Position numbers and translations under genes: made by a program. From assembly GCA_023622385.1 (NCBI GenBank), contig JAMNZI010000063.1, forward strand, positions 1,887-65,886: a DNA stretch of 64,000 nucleotides, read 5' to 3'. Below the pieces are notes generated by a model. That model ran no database searches. It was given only the letters and a program-made list of their open reading frames with translations, and was not told the DNA's origin. Below are positions 10,382 to 21,196 of this stretch, piece by piece (within the stretch, counting starts at the first letter, position 1; each line of letters begins with the position of its first letter). Source of the stretch: Bacillota bacterium (GTDB lineage: Bacteria; Bacillota; Clostridia; Caldicoprobacterales; Caldicoprobacteraceae).

Positions 10382-10393
10382 AGATATGTGAAA

Positions 10394-10433
10394 AAATAAA
10401 ACATAAACTGTTTTAACAGTTTATGTTTTATTT
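10394..10433 (-). terminator. AT-rich hairpin terminator of pnp
   Basis: Perfect 19-bp inverted repeat AAATAAAACATAAACTGTT-tt-AACAGTTTATGTTTTATTT overlapping the pnp stop; followed by U residues on the minus strand. Confidence 0.65.
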
Positions 10434-12599
10434 CTGGTTTCTCCTTAAAGAGGAGCTACCCGCTTTGCGCTGATGAGGTTGAGGTGCTCGCTTAATTGCC
10501 TCGGTTTTGGGAGGAGGTGGCAAGACGTCCTTTCTTGATAGATTGATGCGTCCCAATTCATCGATGTCGGTTACCTTAACGGTGATTTCATCTCCCACCT
10601 TTACCACATCTTCAACCCGTCTGACCCTTTCGTGCGCCAGCTTGGAGATGTGGACTAAGCCTTCCTTCCCTGGCAGTATTTCAACAAACGCACCGAAATC
10701 GGTAATTCGCAGTACTTTTCCGGAATAGATCTGGCCCACTTCCACATCCCTGGTTATGTTCTCTATCATGGTTAGTGCCCGTTTTGCATCTTCTATGTTG
10801 GGAGAGTAAATATACACCCTTCCATCCTCTCGTATATCGATCTTTACGCCCGTTTCGCTTATTATCCTGTTAATGGTCTTACCGCCGGGGCCGATTACCT
10901 CCCGAATCTTATCAGTACTGATGGAGGTGGAGACAATCTTCGGCGCAAAAGGCGATACCTCTTTTCTGGGTTCGGATATGACCTGTATCATCTTATCCAG
11001 TATAAATAAGCGTCCTTCCCGCGCCTGTTCCAGAGCCTTTTCCAGTATATTGCGGTCGATGCCCATTATCTTAATGTCCATCTGTATTGCGGTAATGCCC
11101 TTTGCCGTGCCAGCCACCTTAAAGTCCATATCCCCTGTAGCATCCTCTAATCCCTGGATATCGGATAGTATTACCACTTGGCCGGTTTCTTCGTCCTTTA
11201 TCAATCCCATGGCTATTCCAGCCACCGGCGCTTTTATGGGTACCCCCGCATCCATGAGAGCTAGCGTACTTCCACACACGCTGGCCTGAGAGGTGGAACC
11301 GTTGGAGCTCATCACTTCTGAGACCAATCGTATGGTATACGGGAATTCCTCTTCGCTGGGAATCATGGGTTCCAGCGCCCTTTCTGCCAATGCGCCATGC
11401 CCTATCTCGCGCCTTCCCGGTCCCCTCATTGGCCGCGCCTCGCCTACGCTGTAAGGCGGAAAGTTGTAGTGGTGCATATAGCGCTTGAAGTCCTCTTCCC
11501 ACAGCCCGTCCAGCACCTGTACATCGCCCAGCGCCCCCAGAGTACAGGTGGTGAGCACCTGAGTCTGCCCTCGCTGGAACAATGCCGAGCCATGGGTGCG
11601 CGGGAGCAACCCCACTTCGCACTGTATGGGACGGATGTCCTTGGGCGCCCTTCCATCGGGCCTTATGCCCTCTTTGAGTATCATGTTGCGTACCACTTCT
11701 TTGGTTATTATGTTGATAACTTCCTTGATATCGGCCTCTTTTTCGGGGAAGGCTTCTGCAAAATGCTCCAGCACTTCTTTCTGTAGCTCACTCATCCTTT
11801 GCTCCCGCTCCCGTTTATCGGGGGTTTTGACAGCTTCCCTTACCTTTTCGGTGGCATATTCCCTTACTTGCGCTTCAACTTCAGGATCGGGAGCATACAG
11901 CTGACCTATGCGTTTTGGCTTTCCAACCTCCTGAATGATCTTTTCCTGAAACTCCACCAGCTCCTTGATGTACTGGTGAGCAAACATTATTGCATCCAGC
12001 ATTTCAGCCTCGGTCACTTCATTTGCTCCAGCCTCTACCATGAGTATGGCATCCTTTGTACCCGAAACGATCAAGTGCAGCTTGCTTTTCTCCCTCTGCT
12101 CGCTGGTGGGGTTGATGATAAACTGCCCATCGATCATTCCCACAGCCACAGAACCCGTAGGCCCAAGGAATGGAATATCCGAAATGCTCAATGCGATGGA
12201 GGAACCCAGCATAGCAAACACATCCGGCGGATAGTCAGGATCTACCGATAGAGCCATAGCCACTACGTGCACGTCATTGCGATACCCTTTAGGAAACAAG
12301 GGCCTCAAGGGTCTGTCGATCAGCCTTGCAGTCAATATGGCCTTATCGGTGGGTTTGCCTTCCCTTTTTATAAATCCTCCAGGTATACGGCCTACGGCAT
12401 ACAGCTTTTCCTCAAAATCCACGGTAAGCGGGAAGAAGTCTATCCCTTCCCTGGGTTCATCGGAAGCTGTAGCAGACACAAACACTACGGTATCGCCGCA
12501 CCGCACAGTACAAGCACCATTTGCTTGCTCGGCCAGCTTTCCTACCTCGACTGTAATTTTGGCGCCTGCAACCTCTGTAGTGTATATCTTGTGTTCCAT
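10428..12599 (-). CDS. pnp: Polyribonucleotide nucleotidyltransferase (PNPase)
   Basis: [56 protein letters not shown] and S1 domains. Start ATG 12599 or TTG 12605 (SD AAAGGAG). Confidence 0.98.
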   Translation of the reverse strand: MEHKIYTTEVAGAKITVEVGKLAEQANGACTVRCGDTVVFVSATASDEPREGIDFFPLTVDFEEKLYAVGRIPGGFIKREGKPTDKAILTARLIDRPLRPLFPKGYRNDVHVVAMALSVDPDYPPDVFAMLGSSIALSISDIPFLGPTGSVAVGMIDGQFIINPTSEQREKSKLHLIVSGTKDAILMVEAGANEVTEAEMLDAIMFAHQYIKELVEFQEKIIQEVGKPKRIGQLYAPDPEVEAQVREYATEKVREAVKTPDKREREQRMSELQKEVLEHFAEAFPEKEADIKEVINIITKEVVRNMILKEGIRPDGRAPKDIRPIQCEVGLLPRTHGSALFQRGQTQVLTTCTLGALGDVQVLDGLWEEDFKRYMHHYNFPPYSVGEARPMRGPGRREIGHGALAERALEPMIPSEEEFPYTIRLVSEVMSSNGSTSQASVCGSTLALMDAGVPIKAPVAGIAMGLIKDEETGQVVILSDIQGLEDATGDMDFKVAGTAKGITAIQMDIKIMGIDRNILEKALEQAREGRLFILDKMIQVISEPRKEVSPFAPKIVSTSISTDKIREVIGPGGKTINRIISETGVKIDIREDGRVYIYSPNIEDAKRALTMIENITRDVEVGQIYSGKVLRITDFGAFVEILPGKEGLVHISKLAHERVRRVEDVVKVGDEITVKVTDIDELGRINLSRKDVLPPPPKTEAIKRAPQPHQRKAGSSSLRRNQK

Positions 12600-12785
12600 T
12601 CCCAAGTATTCATCTCCTTTCATCTTTATGATTGTTATAAGCTGTCTCACACAAAATTAAACCACACTTAGTTTCCTTAGTTTATCCCATTTTGCTTTCT
12701 TAATTCTTAGAAGCGCCGCATTAAATGCCGCGCAAGGATACGCTTTGGCCCAGCTACTATCGTTAAACAGATGCATAATAAGCAA

Positions 12786-12807
12786 TGGAGCGGGCATCCC
12801 CGCTCCA
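12786..12807 (-). terminator. Hairpin downstream of rpsO (probable intrinsic terminator)
   Basis: TGGAGCGGG-4 nt-CCCGCTCCA, 9-bp GC-rich stem, followed by UUGCUUAUU (weak U-tract). Confidence 0.6.
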
Positions 12808-12817
12808 CCTTCTATAT

Positions 12818-13081
12818 CTATTTCCTCAAATTAAGTTTTGACACAATGGCCCGGTAACGCTCAACATCCTTCTTCATGAGGTAATTGAGCAAAGCGCGCC
12901 TTCTGCCTACCATCATGAGAAGCCCCCTACGGGAATGGTGATCTTTCTTGTGCACCTTAAGGTGCTCGGTTAAATGGTTAATCCTCTCGGTAAGCAGTGC
13001 AATCTGCACTTCGGGAGAACCGGTATCGTTCTCATGGAGCTTGTAGGCATCGATGATCTGCTTTTTAAGTTCCTTGTCCAT
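12818..13081 (-). CDS. rpsO: 30S ribosomal protein S15
   Basis: [44 protein letters not shown]; ATG 13081 with SD GGAGGTGA. Confidence 0.99.
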   Translation of the reverse strand: MDKELKKQIIDAYKLHENDTGSPEVQIALLTERINHLTEHLKVHKKDHHSRRGLLMMVGRRRALLNYLMKKDVERYRAIVSKLNLRK

Positions 13082-13089
13082 TCTTTCGT

Positions 13090-13165
13090 CACCTCCATTG
13101 CATTTTAAAATCGCCACAACCTTAGTATTACGCCGGAGGCACGTAAAACCAAGGAAGTGGTTGGT
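13090..13165 (-). promoter_or_regulatory. S15 autoregulatory leader RNA (Firmicutes type)
   Basis: AACCACUUCCUUGG...UUACG-UGCCUCCGG-CGUAA...CUAAGGUUGUGG between promoter and SD; layout matches Firmicute S15-binding leaders. Confidence 0.7.
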
Positions 13166-13178
13166 AAGCCCGAAGATT

Positions 13179-13207
13179 ATTTTATCACACCTTGCACCTT
13201 TTGTAAA
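13179..13207 (-). promoter_or_regulatory. sigmaA promoter for rpsO
   Basis: Minus strand TTTACA-17 nt-TAAAAT with TGn extension; overlaps the ribF 3' end. Confidence 0.7.
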
Positions 13208-14129
13208 TTAGATTTTTAGCTACAGCTACATCGCATTCTATCTGGTGTACCAACTCCTGCTTTGACGAAAATCGCCTCTCCTCCCTTATATATCTCAAAA
13301 AATATAACCTGGTGCGTTTGCCGTATAATTTCCCGCTGTGATAATTCAACAAAAAAGTCTCTATATGCAGCCCGGACTGTTCAAAGGTAGGATTTTGGCC
13401 TACGTTGGTGACACCCCATAACCACTGACCATCCAGGTTACATCGCGTGAGGTACACGCCAAATTTGGGGATTACTATGTTTTTTGAGCCAATATCCAGG
13501 TTGGCAGTAGGATAGCCTAGCGTTTTCCCGCGGCCGGCCCCACGAACTATTTGGCCGTTTATGGAATAAGGCCTCCCTAGATACTGCCACGCCTTGGCCA
13601 CATCCCCCTGCTGTATGGTCTCCCGAATTAAGCTGCTGCTGACCACCTTCCCTTCTACCTTAACAGGTGGCACCACCACGACTTCAAACCCCATTTCCTT
13701 GCCCATCTGAATTAAGAGCTGCGTATCGCCGCTTCCGTTATAGCCAAAGCGGTAGTTGTATCCTACCACGATGAAGCGCACGTCGTATTTTTCAAGCAGG
13801 TGCTTCCGTATGAACTCCTGGGGTGTGGTACGCGCAAATTCATCATCAAAATTGTTAAGGACAAGGATATCCACTCCCATGCGGTGAAACTCCAATATCT
13901 TTTTGTTGAGGTTCATTACCTGCGGCGGTGCCTTTCGCGGCGGCAAACAGCTTAAAGGATGTTGCTTGAATGTATATACCATTATGGTATAGCCATAACG
14001 GCGCTTTATCTCTTTTAAACGCCCAATCAAAGCCTGATGCCCCTTATGAATGCCGTCAAACGTGCCCAGCGCCATGGCTACGGGTTGCATCAAGGAATGG
14101 TCGCCTTTTTCGTTGAATATTACCTGCAT
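13185..14129 (-). CDS. ribF: Bifunctional riboflavin kinase / FAD synthetase
   Basis: [46 protein letters not shown]. Confidence 0.96.
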   Translation of the reverse strand: MQVIFNEKGDHSLMQPVAMALGTFDGIHKGHQALIGRLKEIKRRYGYTIMVYTFKQHPLSCLPPRKAPPQVMNLNKKILEFHRMGVDILVLNNFDDEFARTTPQEFIRKHLLEKYDVRFIVVGYNYRFGYNGSGDTQLLIQMGKEMGFEVVVVPPVKVEGKVVSSSLIRETIQQGDVAKAWQYLGRPYSINGQIVRGAGRGKTLGYPTANLDIGSKNIVIPKFGVYLTRCNLDGQWLWGVTNVGQNPTFEQSGLHIETFLLNYHSGKLYGKRTRLYFLRYIREERRFSSKQELVHQIECDVAVAKNLIYKRCKV

Positions 14130-14139
14130 AACCTCCCCC

Positions 14140-15048
14140 TTACACCAACACTTTATCCATTTCTATATGAATATAGCCCTTCTCCAACTTGACCATACCT
14201 ATTCCTATGAACTGCTCCCTGCAGTATACCCTTATGGGAGCTTGGCAGTCCAACTTATCAAGTCCCAAGTCCAGGCTAGCCAACTTGACGGAATTTCCGT
14301 TAATCAAGCTTTTATAGTGGATGGGTGGAACATCCACCCTTTCAAACCCTTCGATTGCTTTATCCATGGGTATGAGAATTTTATTCAGTTCTCCATTTAA
14401 AAGATGTTCCTCGATCTCGTGTAGCGTATACGAATCCTCGATTGTATACTTTCCTGTGCGGCACCTCAGTAAAAAGCCCATATATGCACCGCAACCCAAC
14501 CTGCGCCCTATATCCCGGCACAGAGAGCGTATATAGGTACCCTTGGAACACTCCACTTCAAACAGGACTCTGTTGGGCGGCAGGTATTCCAGTATGGTAT
14601 TGCGGTAGATGGTCACTTCTCTCTCCAGCTCTGAGATATCCAGCTGCTGGCCCTGTCGAGCATACTCATACAGCTTTTTACCCCTGTATTTTATGGCCGA
14701 ATGCATGGGTGGGAGCTGCCTGAGGCGCCCCTGGAACTCTTCAAATGCCCTTTCTATATCCTCGAAACTTGGGTAGTCATTGGAAGTGGAAATGACCCGT
14801 CCATACGAATCCAGCGTATCGGTTTCGGCCCCTAAGACCATCTCGCAACGATAGGCCTTATCCTCCTCAACCATGAAGCTAACCAACTTGGTGGCTTTGC
14901 CGATGCAGACAGGCAAGACTCCGGCTGCTCCCGGATCCAAAGTGCCGGTATGGCCTACCTTCTTGACCTTAAGCAACCTCCGAAGGTATACCACAACATC
15001 GCTGGAGGTCATCCCTGGCGGTTTCAAGACGTTGATAACGCCGTCCAT
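14140..15048 (-). CDS. truB: tRNA pseudouridine(55) synthase
   Basis: KPPGMTSSDVV, GHTGTLDPGAAGVL, QLPPMHSAIK, CSKGTYIRSL. Confidence 0.98.
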   Translation of the reverse strand: MDGVINVLKPPGMTSSDVVVYLRRLLKVKKVGHTGTLDPGAAGVLPVCIGKATKLVSFMVEEDKAYRCEMVLGAETDTLDSYGRVISTSNDYPSFEDIERAFEEFQGRLRQLPPMHSAIKYRGKKLYEYARQGQQLDISELEREVTIYRNTILEYLPPNRVLFEVECSKGTYIRSLCRDIGRRLGCGAYMGFLLRCRTGKYTIEDSYTLHEIEEHLLNGELNKILIPMDKAIEGFERVDVPPIHYKSLINGNSVKLASLDLGLDKLDCQAPIRVYCREQFIGIGMVKLEKGYIHIEMDKVLV

Positions 15049-15071
15049 ACCGATGGCACATCAACCCCTTT

Positions 15072-16061
15072 TTATTCCAGCATGCATTTTAGTTCTGCCA
15101 GGATGTGCTCTTTTGCTTTTTCTATACTCGCGCTTATCGAACAACCGGCTGCCCGTGCATGGCCGCCCCCACCGAATTTTGCAGCCAAAGCGCTTGCATC
15201 AACAGCGGCCTTGGTGCGCAGGCTGACCTTAATTCTATCTTTCTCGACCTCCTTAAACAGCGCTGCGCACTCCACCCCCACGATGTCTATGCCATAATTG
15301 ACTATTCCATCGGCATTGTTTTCGTCAAGCCCTACCTCTTCCAGCATATTCTTGCTTACCGTCAAAAAGGCCACCTTGCCGTCACAATGCATTTCGAGCG
15401 AGCTGAGCGCCTTTGCCAACAACCTCACCCTGGCCAGGGTGGTATTTCTAAACAACGCCCTGGTCAACCTGTCCACATCGAGGCCGTATTCGATGGCTTG
15501 GGCCGCTATGCGATGGGCTGCAGGGGTGGTATTGCTAAACCCAAAGCCCCCCGTATCGGTGGCAATGCCGGTGTATATCGCCTCGTAGACTGGCAAGGAA
15601 TAATAATCGCCGTCCATTTCCCGTATCAGGTCAAAGACCAGCTCGGCGGTTGAGGAAGCCTTTGGCTCTACAAAATTGATGTCGGCATACATGGTATTGC
15701 TGGCATGGTGGTCGATGTTTATGGTGCAGGATGTCTGTTTGAGGAGATAGGCTGCATCTCCCAGCCTATCCTGGTCGCTACAATCTAGGCATACAACCGC
15801 GTCATAACAGGCGGAATGGGCTTGACTTCCATCATTTCCGCTTGGCCTTATGAAGTTTTTGATGCCCTGCAAAAAGGCCAGGTTCTCAGGCGGAGCATCA
15901 TGGCAATAAAGTTCGACCGCTTTGCCATGGTCCATCAAGAAATTGGCCAGTGCGAGGCAGGAACCAATGGTATCGCCATCAGGAGATATGTGGGCTATGA
16001 CGGCAAATCGCTTTCCTAGCTTTAAGGCTTCAACAACAGGAAACAGCTTAACGGCTTTCAT
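15072..16061 (-). CDS. nrnA: DHH/DHHA1 oligoribonuclease / pAp phosphatase
   Basis: HISPDGDTIGS, LDCS, IDHH, TDTG, GGGHARAAG; ATGA overlap with rbfA. Confidence 0.9.
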   Translation of the reverse strand: MKAVKLFPVVEALKLGKRFAVIAHISPDGDTIGSCLALANFLMDHGKAVELYCHDAPPENLAFLQGIKNFIRPSGNDGSQAHSACYDAVVCLDCSDQDRLGDAAYLLKQTSCTINIDHHASNTMYADINFVEPKASSTAELVFDLIREMDGDYYSLPVYEAIYTGIATDTGGFGFSNTTPAAHRIAAQAIEYGLDVDRLTRALFRNTTLARVRLLAKALSSLEMHCDGKVAFLTVSKNMLEEVGLDENNADGIVNYGIDIVGVECAALFKEVEKDRIKVSLRTKAAVDASALAAKFGGGGHARAAGCSISASIEKAKEHILAELKCMLE

Positions 16062-16423
16062 TGGTTCTCATCCTGTCCTTTTCTCTTTAGCTCCTCAATC
16101 TTTTGGGCTATGTGTATGCTGTACTCTATGGATTCATCCAATACAAAGCTTATTTCGGGGACATACCTCAATCCCAACCTTTGACCCAGTTCTTTCCGTA
16201 TAAATCCGGTCGCACGATCCAGACCTTCCATGGTTCTCTGCTTTTCTTCCTTGTTTCCCAGCACGCTCACGTATATTTTAGCATGGCGCAAATCTCTGGA
16301 TACATCAACCTTTACAACGGATGCCATGTCGGTAATACGAGGATCTCTTACATGGTTGCGCAGTATATCGCTAAGCTCCCTTTTGATCTCTTCGGCTATT
16401 CTTTCTGCTCTCTGATACGACAT
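16058..16423 (-). CDS. rbfA: 30S ribosome-binding factor A
   Basis: RAERIAEEIKRELS, VDVSRDLRHAKIYVS, GFIRKELG, RYVPEISFVLDESIE; ATG 16423 preferred over 16429/16432. Confidence 0.97.
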   Translation of the reverse strand: MSYQRAERIAEEIKRELSDILRNHVRDPRITDMASVVKVDVSRDLRHAKIYVSVLGNKEEKQRTMEGLDRATGFIRKELGQRLGLRYVPEISFVLDESIEYSIHIAQKIEELKRKGQDENQ

Positions 16424-16441
16424 ATCCATCACCCGCCTATT

Positions 16442-18889
16442 TCATTCATTTTGAACTTCTTCCTCAATAAAGGCTTCTATTATATCGCCATCCTTTATAT
16501 CGTTGAAATTGCTTATGCTTACACCGCATTCATAACCGGCTGCCACTTCCCTAACGTCATCCTTAAATCGCTTGAGGGAGGCTATTTGCCCTTCATGAAC
16601 TACTATGCCATCCCTGACGATGCGCACCCGAGCACTCCTTGATATTTTACCATCGGTTACATAGCAACCAGCGACCGTTCCAACCCCGGATATCCTGAAG
16701 GTGGTCCGCACCTCTGCATGCCCAAGCACAACTTCGCGGTAAGTCGGCTCAAGCATACCTTTTATGGCAGCCTTCACGTCCTCAATGGCATCGTATATCA
16801 CCCGGTACAGCCTTATATCTATCTTCTCCTTTTCGGCCAGCTCGGTTACGCTGCTTGGCGGACGGACGTTAAATCCGATGATTATGGCGTTAGACGCCGA
16901 TGCCAGCATTACATCTGACTCGGTAATGGCACCTACGCCGCTGTGTATGGTCCGTATGTGCACTTTATCAGTTGAAAGGCGTTCAAGCGCCTGTTTAACG
17001 GCTTCAGCCGTACCCTGAACATCGGCTTTGATGATAAGCTTCAGCTCTTTGAGCTCGCCCTGCTCAATCTGGTTAAAGAGGTCATCCAGAGATGCCTTGA
17101 GGGCAGAACGAGCACTGGCCTCCTTAATCTTCTCCTTGCGCTCCTCAGCTACCTGTCTTGCCAGCTTGTCGTCTTCCACTGCATACAGTATATCTCCGGC
17201 TTCTGGTACCTCAGAAAAGCCCAGCACTTCAACCGGAACGGAAGGACCTGCGCTTTCCAGCCTCCTGCCGTTGTGGTCCATCATGGCCCTCACGCGACCG
17301 TAAGCAGTCCCTGCCACCACTGCATCTCCCACATGAAGGGTGCCCTTTTGGACCAACACCGTAGCAACAGGGCCACGACCTTTATCCAGCTTCGCTTCAA
17401 TGATGGTACCCCTGGCAAACCTGTTGGGATTGGCTTTGAGTTCCTGCATCTCTGCCACCAGAAGGATCATCTCCAGAAGTTCATCAATCCCCTGCTTCTT
17501 GAGGGCCGATACTGGTACCGCAATGGTATCGCCGCCCCAATCCTCAACCAACAAGCCTTGTTCTGCCAACTCTCGCTTTACGCGTTCGGGATTGGCAGTT
17601 GGCAGATCGATTTTATTGATAGCCACTATAATGGGTACCTTGGCTTCTTTGGCATGGTTGATGGCTTCTATGGTCTGAGGCATAACTCCATCATCGGCCG
17701 CTACCACCAGCACGGCTATATCGGTAACCTTTGCCCCCCGTGCCCTCATGGAGGTAAATGCCTCGTGACCAGGTGTGTCTATAAATGTGATGTATTTTCC
17801 GTTTATCTCTACCATATAAGCGCCGATATGCTGTGTGATGCCACCGGCCTCCTGCTCAGTCACGTGGGAGTTGCGTATGGCATCAAGCAGCGACGTCTTG
17901 CCATGGTCGACATGGCCCATAACCGTTACCACCGGTGGCCGTGGCTGTAAGCTGGCAGGGTCGTCTTCCACGTCCTCTTGCACCAGCATTTCCTCAAAGG
18001 AAACCGCCGGCTTTTTCTCAAGCTCAATGCCAAACTCGCTGGCCACCAACGCAGCCGTATCATAGTCCAGCTCTTGATTTATTGTAGCCAATACGCCCAG
18101 CTTCATCAAGCGCTTTATGATCTCTGCTACCTGTATGCCGATGGTTTCGGAAAGCTCCTTTACCGTTATCCTATCTCCGATAGTAATGGCTTTCTTTCTC
18201 TCAACAGTAACAGGAGCCTTTTGTTGGGCAGCTTGCTGGGTGCTCTTACTCTTCTTCTCCTTCTCCTTTAAAAGTTTGTTATAGACAGAAGGATGTTCCT
18301 CTTCCCAGTAATCCTTTTTGGTCTTTTGAGCTTTGGCTTTTGCCGTTTCGGTAGAAGTCTTAGCAAAACCTTCCTCTTTCACCTTGGCAACGTCTGCTTT
18401 CTTATCTTTGCTTTGAGCAACTGCCTGTTGAGAGAAGAACTCATCTATTACGTTTTTAGCCGGCTTGTCTTTAGGTTTAGGACGCCGCTTCCTTGATGGC
18501 CTGCCTTCTTCCTGAAGAGCTTGATTATCCTCGTGTCTATCATGCTCTTCCTGCTTACGAGTATCATCCTGCCTGCGACTTCTTTCTCCCTGCTTGCGAT
18601 TTTCCTCCTGTCTACGGCTCTGTTCCTGTTTACGCCTTTCTTCCTGCTTGCGGCCCGCCTTTCTGGTGTCGCCCTCCTTTTGGTTGTGCACTGCCTTTTC
18701 AGCTTTCAATGTCTCAGCCTTCTTCCTTTCCTCCATCTCCTTTGCCTGTTGCTTAAAAGCATTCTCCATATCCCTTACCTTATTTAAATAATCATCTATA
18801 TCTTTGTTGAGCGCTTTTATCTTATCAAGGAGGGACTCAGCAGTCTTTCTCACCTTTTTAGTTGTAACATAGACGTTTATATCTGACAT
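16442..18889 (-). CDS. infB: Translation initiation factor IF-2
   Basis: [42 protein letters not shown]; atypical N-terminus (see findings). Confidence 0.98.
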   Translation of the reverse strand: MSDINVYVTTKKVRKTAESLLDKIKALNKDIDDYLNKVRDMENAFKQQAKEMEERKKAETLKAEKAVHNQKEGDTRKAGRKQEERRKQEQSRRQEENRKQGERSRRQDDTRKQEEHDRHEDNQALQEEGRPSRKRRPKPKDKPAKNVIDEFFSQQAVAQSKDKKADVAKVKEEGFAKTSTETAKAKAQKTKKDYWEEEHPSVYNKLLKEKEKKSKSTQQAAQQKAPVTVERKKAITIGDRITVKELSETIGIQVAEIIKRLMKLGVLATINQELDYDTAALVASEFGIELEKKPAVSFEEMLVQEDVEDDPASLQPRPPVVTVMGHVDHGKTSLLDAIRNSHVTEQEAGGITQHIGAYMVEINGKYITFIDTPGHEAFTSMRARGAKVTDIAVLVVAADDGVMPQTIEAINHAKEAKVPIIVAINKIDLPTANPERVKRELAEQGLLVEDWGGDTIAVPVSALKKQGIDELLEMILLVAEMQELKANPNRFARGTIIEAKLDKGRGPVATVLVQKGTLHVGDAVVAGTAYGRVRAMMDHNGRRLESAGPSVPVEVLGFSEVPEAGDILYAVEDDKLARQVAEERKEKIKEASARSALKASLDDLFNQIEQGELKELKLIIKADVQGTAEAVKQALERLSTDKVHIRTIHSGVGAITESDVMLASASNAIIIGFNVRPPSSVTELAEKEKIDIRLYRVIYDAIEDVKAAIKGMLEPTYREVVLGHAEVRTTFRISGVGTVAGCYVTDGKISRSARVRIVRDGIVVHEGQIASLKRFKDDVREVAAGYECGVSISNFNDIKDGDIIEAFIEEEVQNE
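18524..18652 (-). repeat. Seven imperfect in-frame 15-21 nt tandem repeats in infB (R[KR]QEE-type)
   Basis: CGCAAGCAGGAAGAAAGG / CGTAAACAGGAACAGAGC / CGTAGACAGGAGGAAAAT / CGCAAGCAGGGAGAAAGAAGT / CGCAGGCAGGATGATACT / CGTAAGCAGGAAGAGCATGAT / AGACACGAGGATAAT. Confidence 0.8.
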
Positions 18890-18896
18890 TCATATA

Positions 18897-19229
18897 TCAC
18901 CCCCGCACTGGCATTTCTGAGTTTTGCAGCTGCTTAAGCAACGCCTCCTTCAGTCCCTCATCAGTGACCGCCAGAACCGTTCTGCTCCCCTTACCTACGG
19001 CCTTACCCAGCATCTCCTTATTTCCCACTACCACGTAGTCGGTTTTGTAATACTTACACATATTCACAAATTTCTTTAAAGTGTTGGGCGACGCTTCCTC
19101 GCTTATTATCACCAGCTTTGCCTTCCGCATCCTTATGGCTTTTTGGCACAACATCTCGCCCATCGCCAGCTTACCCGCCCTTGCCGACAGGCCAAGCAGC
19201 TGGTAAAAACCTTTAAAATCCTGATTCAT
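18897..19229 (-). CDS. ylxQ: L7Ae-family RNA-binding protein
   Basis: LLGLSARAGKLAMGE, AKLVIISEEASPNT, LGKAVGK; start moved to ATG 19229; standard position before infB. Confidence 0.9.
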   Translation of the reverse strand: MNQDFKGFYQLLGLSARAGKLAMGEMLCQKAIRMRKAKLVIISEEASPNTLKKFVNMCKYYKTDYVVVGNKEMLGKAVGKGSRTVLAVTDEGLKEALLKQLQNSEMPVRG

Positions 19230-19494
19230 GGGCTTTAGTAAGCTCACCTCGCAAAAATTGATACACTTCTTCGCTGATCTTTTCATCGAGAGCACGTTCC
19301 AGCGATTTATGCTTTATAGCCTTTTCGAGACACTCGATATTATAGCAGAGGTAAGCGCCTCTACCCGGAGCCTTCCCCTTTAGATCTATATGAATCTCCC
19401 CTTCAGGGCTTCTGACCACACGTATAAGCTCCCGCTTAGGCTTTGATTCCCTGCATCCAACGCACATCCTCATGGGTATCTTTTTTTTCTTCAC
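19213..19494 (-). CDS. ylxR: YlxR/RnpM family protein (RNase P modulator)
   Basis: PMRMCVGCRESKPKRELIRVV, GKAPGRGAYLC; GTG 19494 preferred. Confidence 0.92.
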   Translation of the reverse strand: MKKKKIPMRMCVGCRESKPKRELIRVVRSPEGEIHIDLKGKAPGRGAYLCYNIECLEKAIKHKSLERALDEKISEEVYQFLRGELTKAHESGF

Positions 19495-19531
19495 CAGCAA
19501 TCCCCCTTTCAAACTGGCAGGCCTTAAAGCT

Positions 19532-20563
19532 TCATACCTGTGATTCGCTCTTTATGTCGATCTTCCAACCGGTGAGTTTTGCGGCCAGCCTGGCGTTTTG
19601 GCCTTCCTTACCTATGGCCAAGGAAAGCTGATGATCAGGAACCACAACCCTGGCTGCCTTCTCCGTTTCATCTATGGTCACGCTCTGTACCTTGGCAGGA
19701 CTCAAGGCATTGGCAATAAACTCTGCGGGATCGCTGCTCCATTTCACGATATCTATCTTTTCGCCTCTAACCTCATCCAACACGTGCTGTACCCGCATAC
19801 CCTTTTGTCCAACGCAAGCACCTACTGGATCAAGCCCCGGCACAGTAGAATGCACCGCAATCTTTGTCCTGGAACCGGCCTCCCTTGCTATAGCCTTTAT
19901 GAGCACCTCTCCCCTCATGATCTCGGGCACCTCGCGCTCGAACAACCTCTTGATAAGGCCTGGATGGGTACGCGATACTATGATCTGTGGCCCCTTGGTA
20001 GTCTTCTTAACTTCAAGGATGTACACCCGTATTCTGTCATTAACGTGATACTCCTCGTTGGGCATCTGTTCATTTGGCGGAAGTATGCCTTCAGCGCGGT
20101 CAAGGTCTACGAACACCGTCTTTTTCTCTACCCTCTGGACGATCCCCACCATTATCTCATTTTCCTTTTCGATAAACTTTTGGTACAGCACCGCCCTCTC
20201 GGCTTCACGAATCCGCTGTATCACCACCTGCTTGGCGTTTTGTGCTGCAATCCTGCCAAAGTTTTTAGGGGTCACCTCTATCTCAACCACGTCATTGAGC
20301 TCATAGTTGGGGTTGATCTTCTTGGCTTCCTCTAGATCGATCTCCAGATTTTTGTTTGTGGCCTTTTCCACCACCTTTTTGAGGGCAAACACCTTTACCT
20401 GCCCGTTTGCCCTGTCTATATCGATGCGCACGTTCTGTGATGTCCCAAAGTTTTTCTTATAAGCTGATACCAAAGCGGCATTGATGGCCTCAAACAATAT
20501 ATCGGCATCAATACCCTTTTCCTTGCCTATCTGTTCAATGGCCTCCAAAAATTCGGCATTCAT
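19532..20563 (-). CDS. nusA: Transcription termination/antitermination factor NusA
   Basis: FGRIAAQNAKQVV, S1, SRTHPG, AREAGSRTKIAV, GACVG, AIGKEGQNARLAAKLTGWKIDIK. Confidence 0.99.
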   Translation of the reverse strand: MNAEFLEAIEQIGKEKGIDADILFEAINAALVSAYKKNFGTSQNVRIDIDRANGQVKVFALKKVVEKATNKNLEIDLEEAKKINPNYELNDVVEIEVTPKNFGRIAAQNAKQVVIQRIREAERAVLYQKFIEKENEIMVGIVQRVEKKTVFVDLDRAEGILPPNEQMPNEEYHVNDRIRVYILEVKKTTKGPQIIVSRTHPGLIKRLFEREVPEIMRGEVLIKAIAREAGSRTKIAVHSTVPGLDPVGACVGQKGMRVQHVLDEVRGEKIDIVKWSSDPAEFIANALSPAKVQSVTIDETEKAARVVVPDHQLSLAIGKEGQNARLAAKLTGWKIDIKSESQV

Positions 20564-20579
20564 AAATACTCCTCCCTCA

Positions 20580-21041
20580 TCAGATATTTATATCCAGCCG
20601 CACCATGGCAACATCTTCTTTCGGAAACGAGTATGTATATCCCCCATCCTGTATGACTACATTGCCGTCTTCCAGACCTACCAGTTCACCGTAATAGTTC
20701 TTCTTGCCATTGACAGACTTAAAAAGCTTTACATGAACCCTGCACCCCTTATAGCGTTTGAAATCCTCATCCTTCTTGAGCGGCCTGTCAAGTCCGGGCG
20801 AAGATACCTCCAGATAATAGCGGTGCGGAATGGGATCAACCTGGTCCAGCAGATCGCTGATCCGTTCGCTGAATATCTGGCAGTCATCCAGCGTGATCCC
20901 CCCGGGTTTATCGAGGTAAAACCTCAAGAACCAGCTTCCGCCCTCCTTTTTGTACTCTACGTCCACAAGCTCATATTTGAGCTCTTCGAGGATGGGGCGC
21001 GCAAGCTCCTCCACCACTTGCTCAACCCTGTTATTTGCCAT
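20580..21041 (-). CDS. rimP: Ribosome maturation factor RimP
   Basis: LRFYLDKPGGITLDDC, YYLEVSSPGLDRPL. Confidence 0.97.
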   Translation of the reverse strand: MANNRVEQVVEELARPILEELKYELVDVEYKKEGGSWFLRFYLDKPGGITLDDCQIFSERISDLLDQVDPIPHRYYLEVSSPGLDRPLKKDEDFKRYKGCRVHVKLFKSVNGKKNYYGELVGLEDGNVVIQDGGYTYSFPKEDVAMVRLDINI

Positions 21042-21114
21042 ACCATAACCTCCAAAATAGAATTTTCATATATTTAATCTTTCCCAATCGCACATTTTAA
21101 TCAATAACAACGAA

Positions 21115-21134
21115 AGAGTGGGTTTCCCCACTCT
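21115..21134 (-). promoter_or_regulatory. rimP-nusA leader hairpin (attenuator-like)
   Basis: AGAGUGGG-GAAA-CCCACUCU followed by UUCGUUGUUAUU, between promoter and rimP; typical of the Firmicute ylxS/rimP leader. Confidence 0.75.
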
Positions 21135-21166
21135 ACCACACAAACAAGCTATGGTAAATCAAGTTC

Positions 21167-21195
21167 ATTATATCACCACGCTTTAGCAAATGCAA
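21167..21195 (-). promoter_or_regulatory. sigmaA promoter for the rimP-nusA-infB operon
   Basis: Minus strand TTGCAT-17 nt-TATAAT with TGn extension, immediately after the polC stop. Confidence 0.8.
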
Positions 21196-21196
21196 G

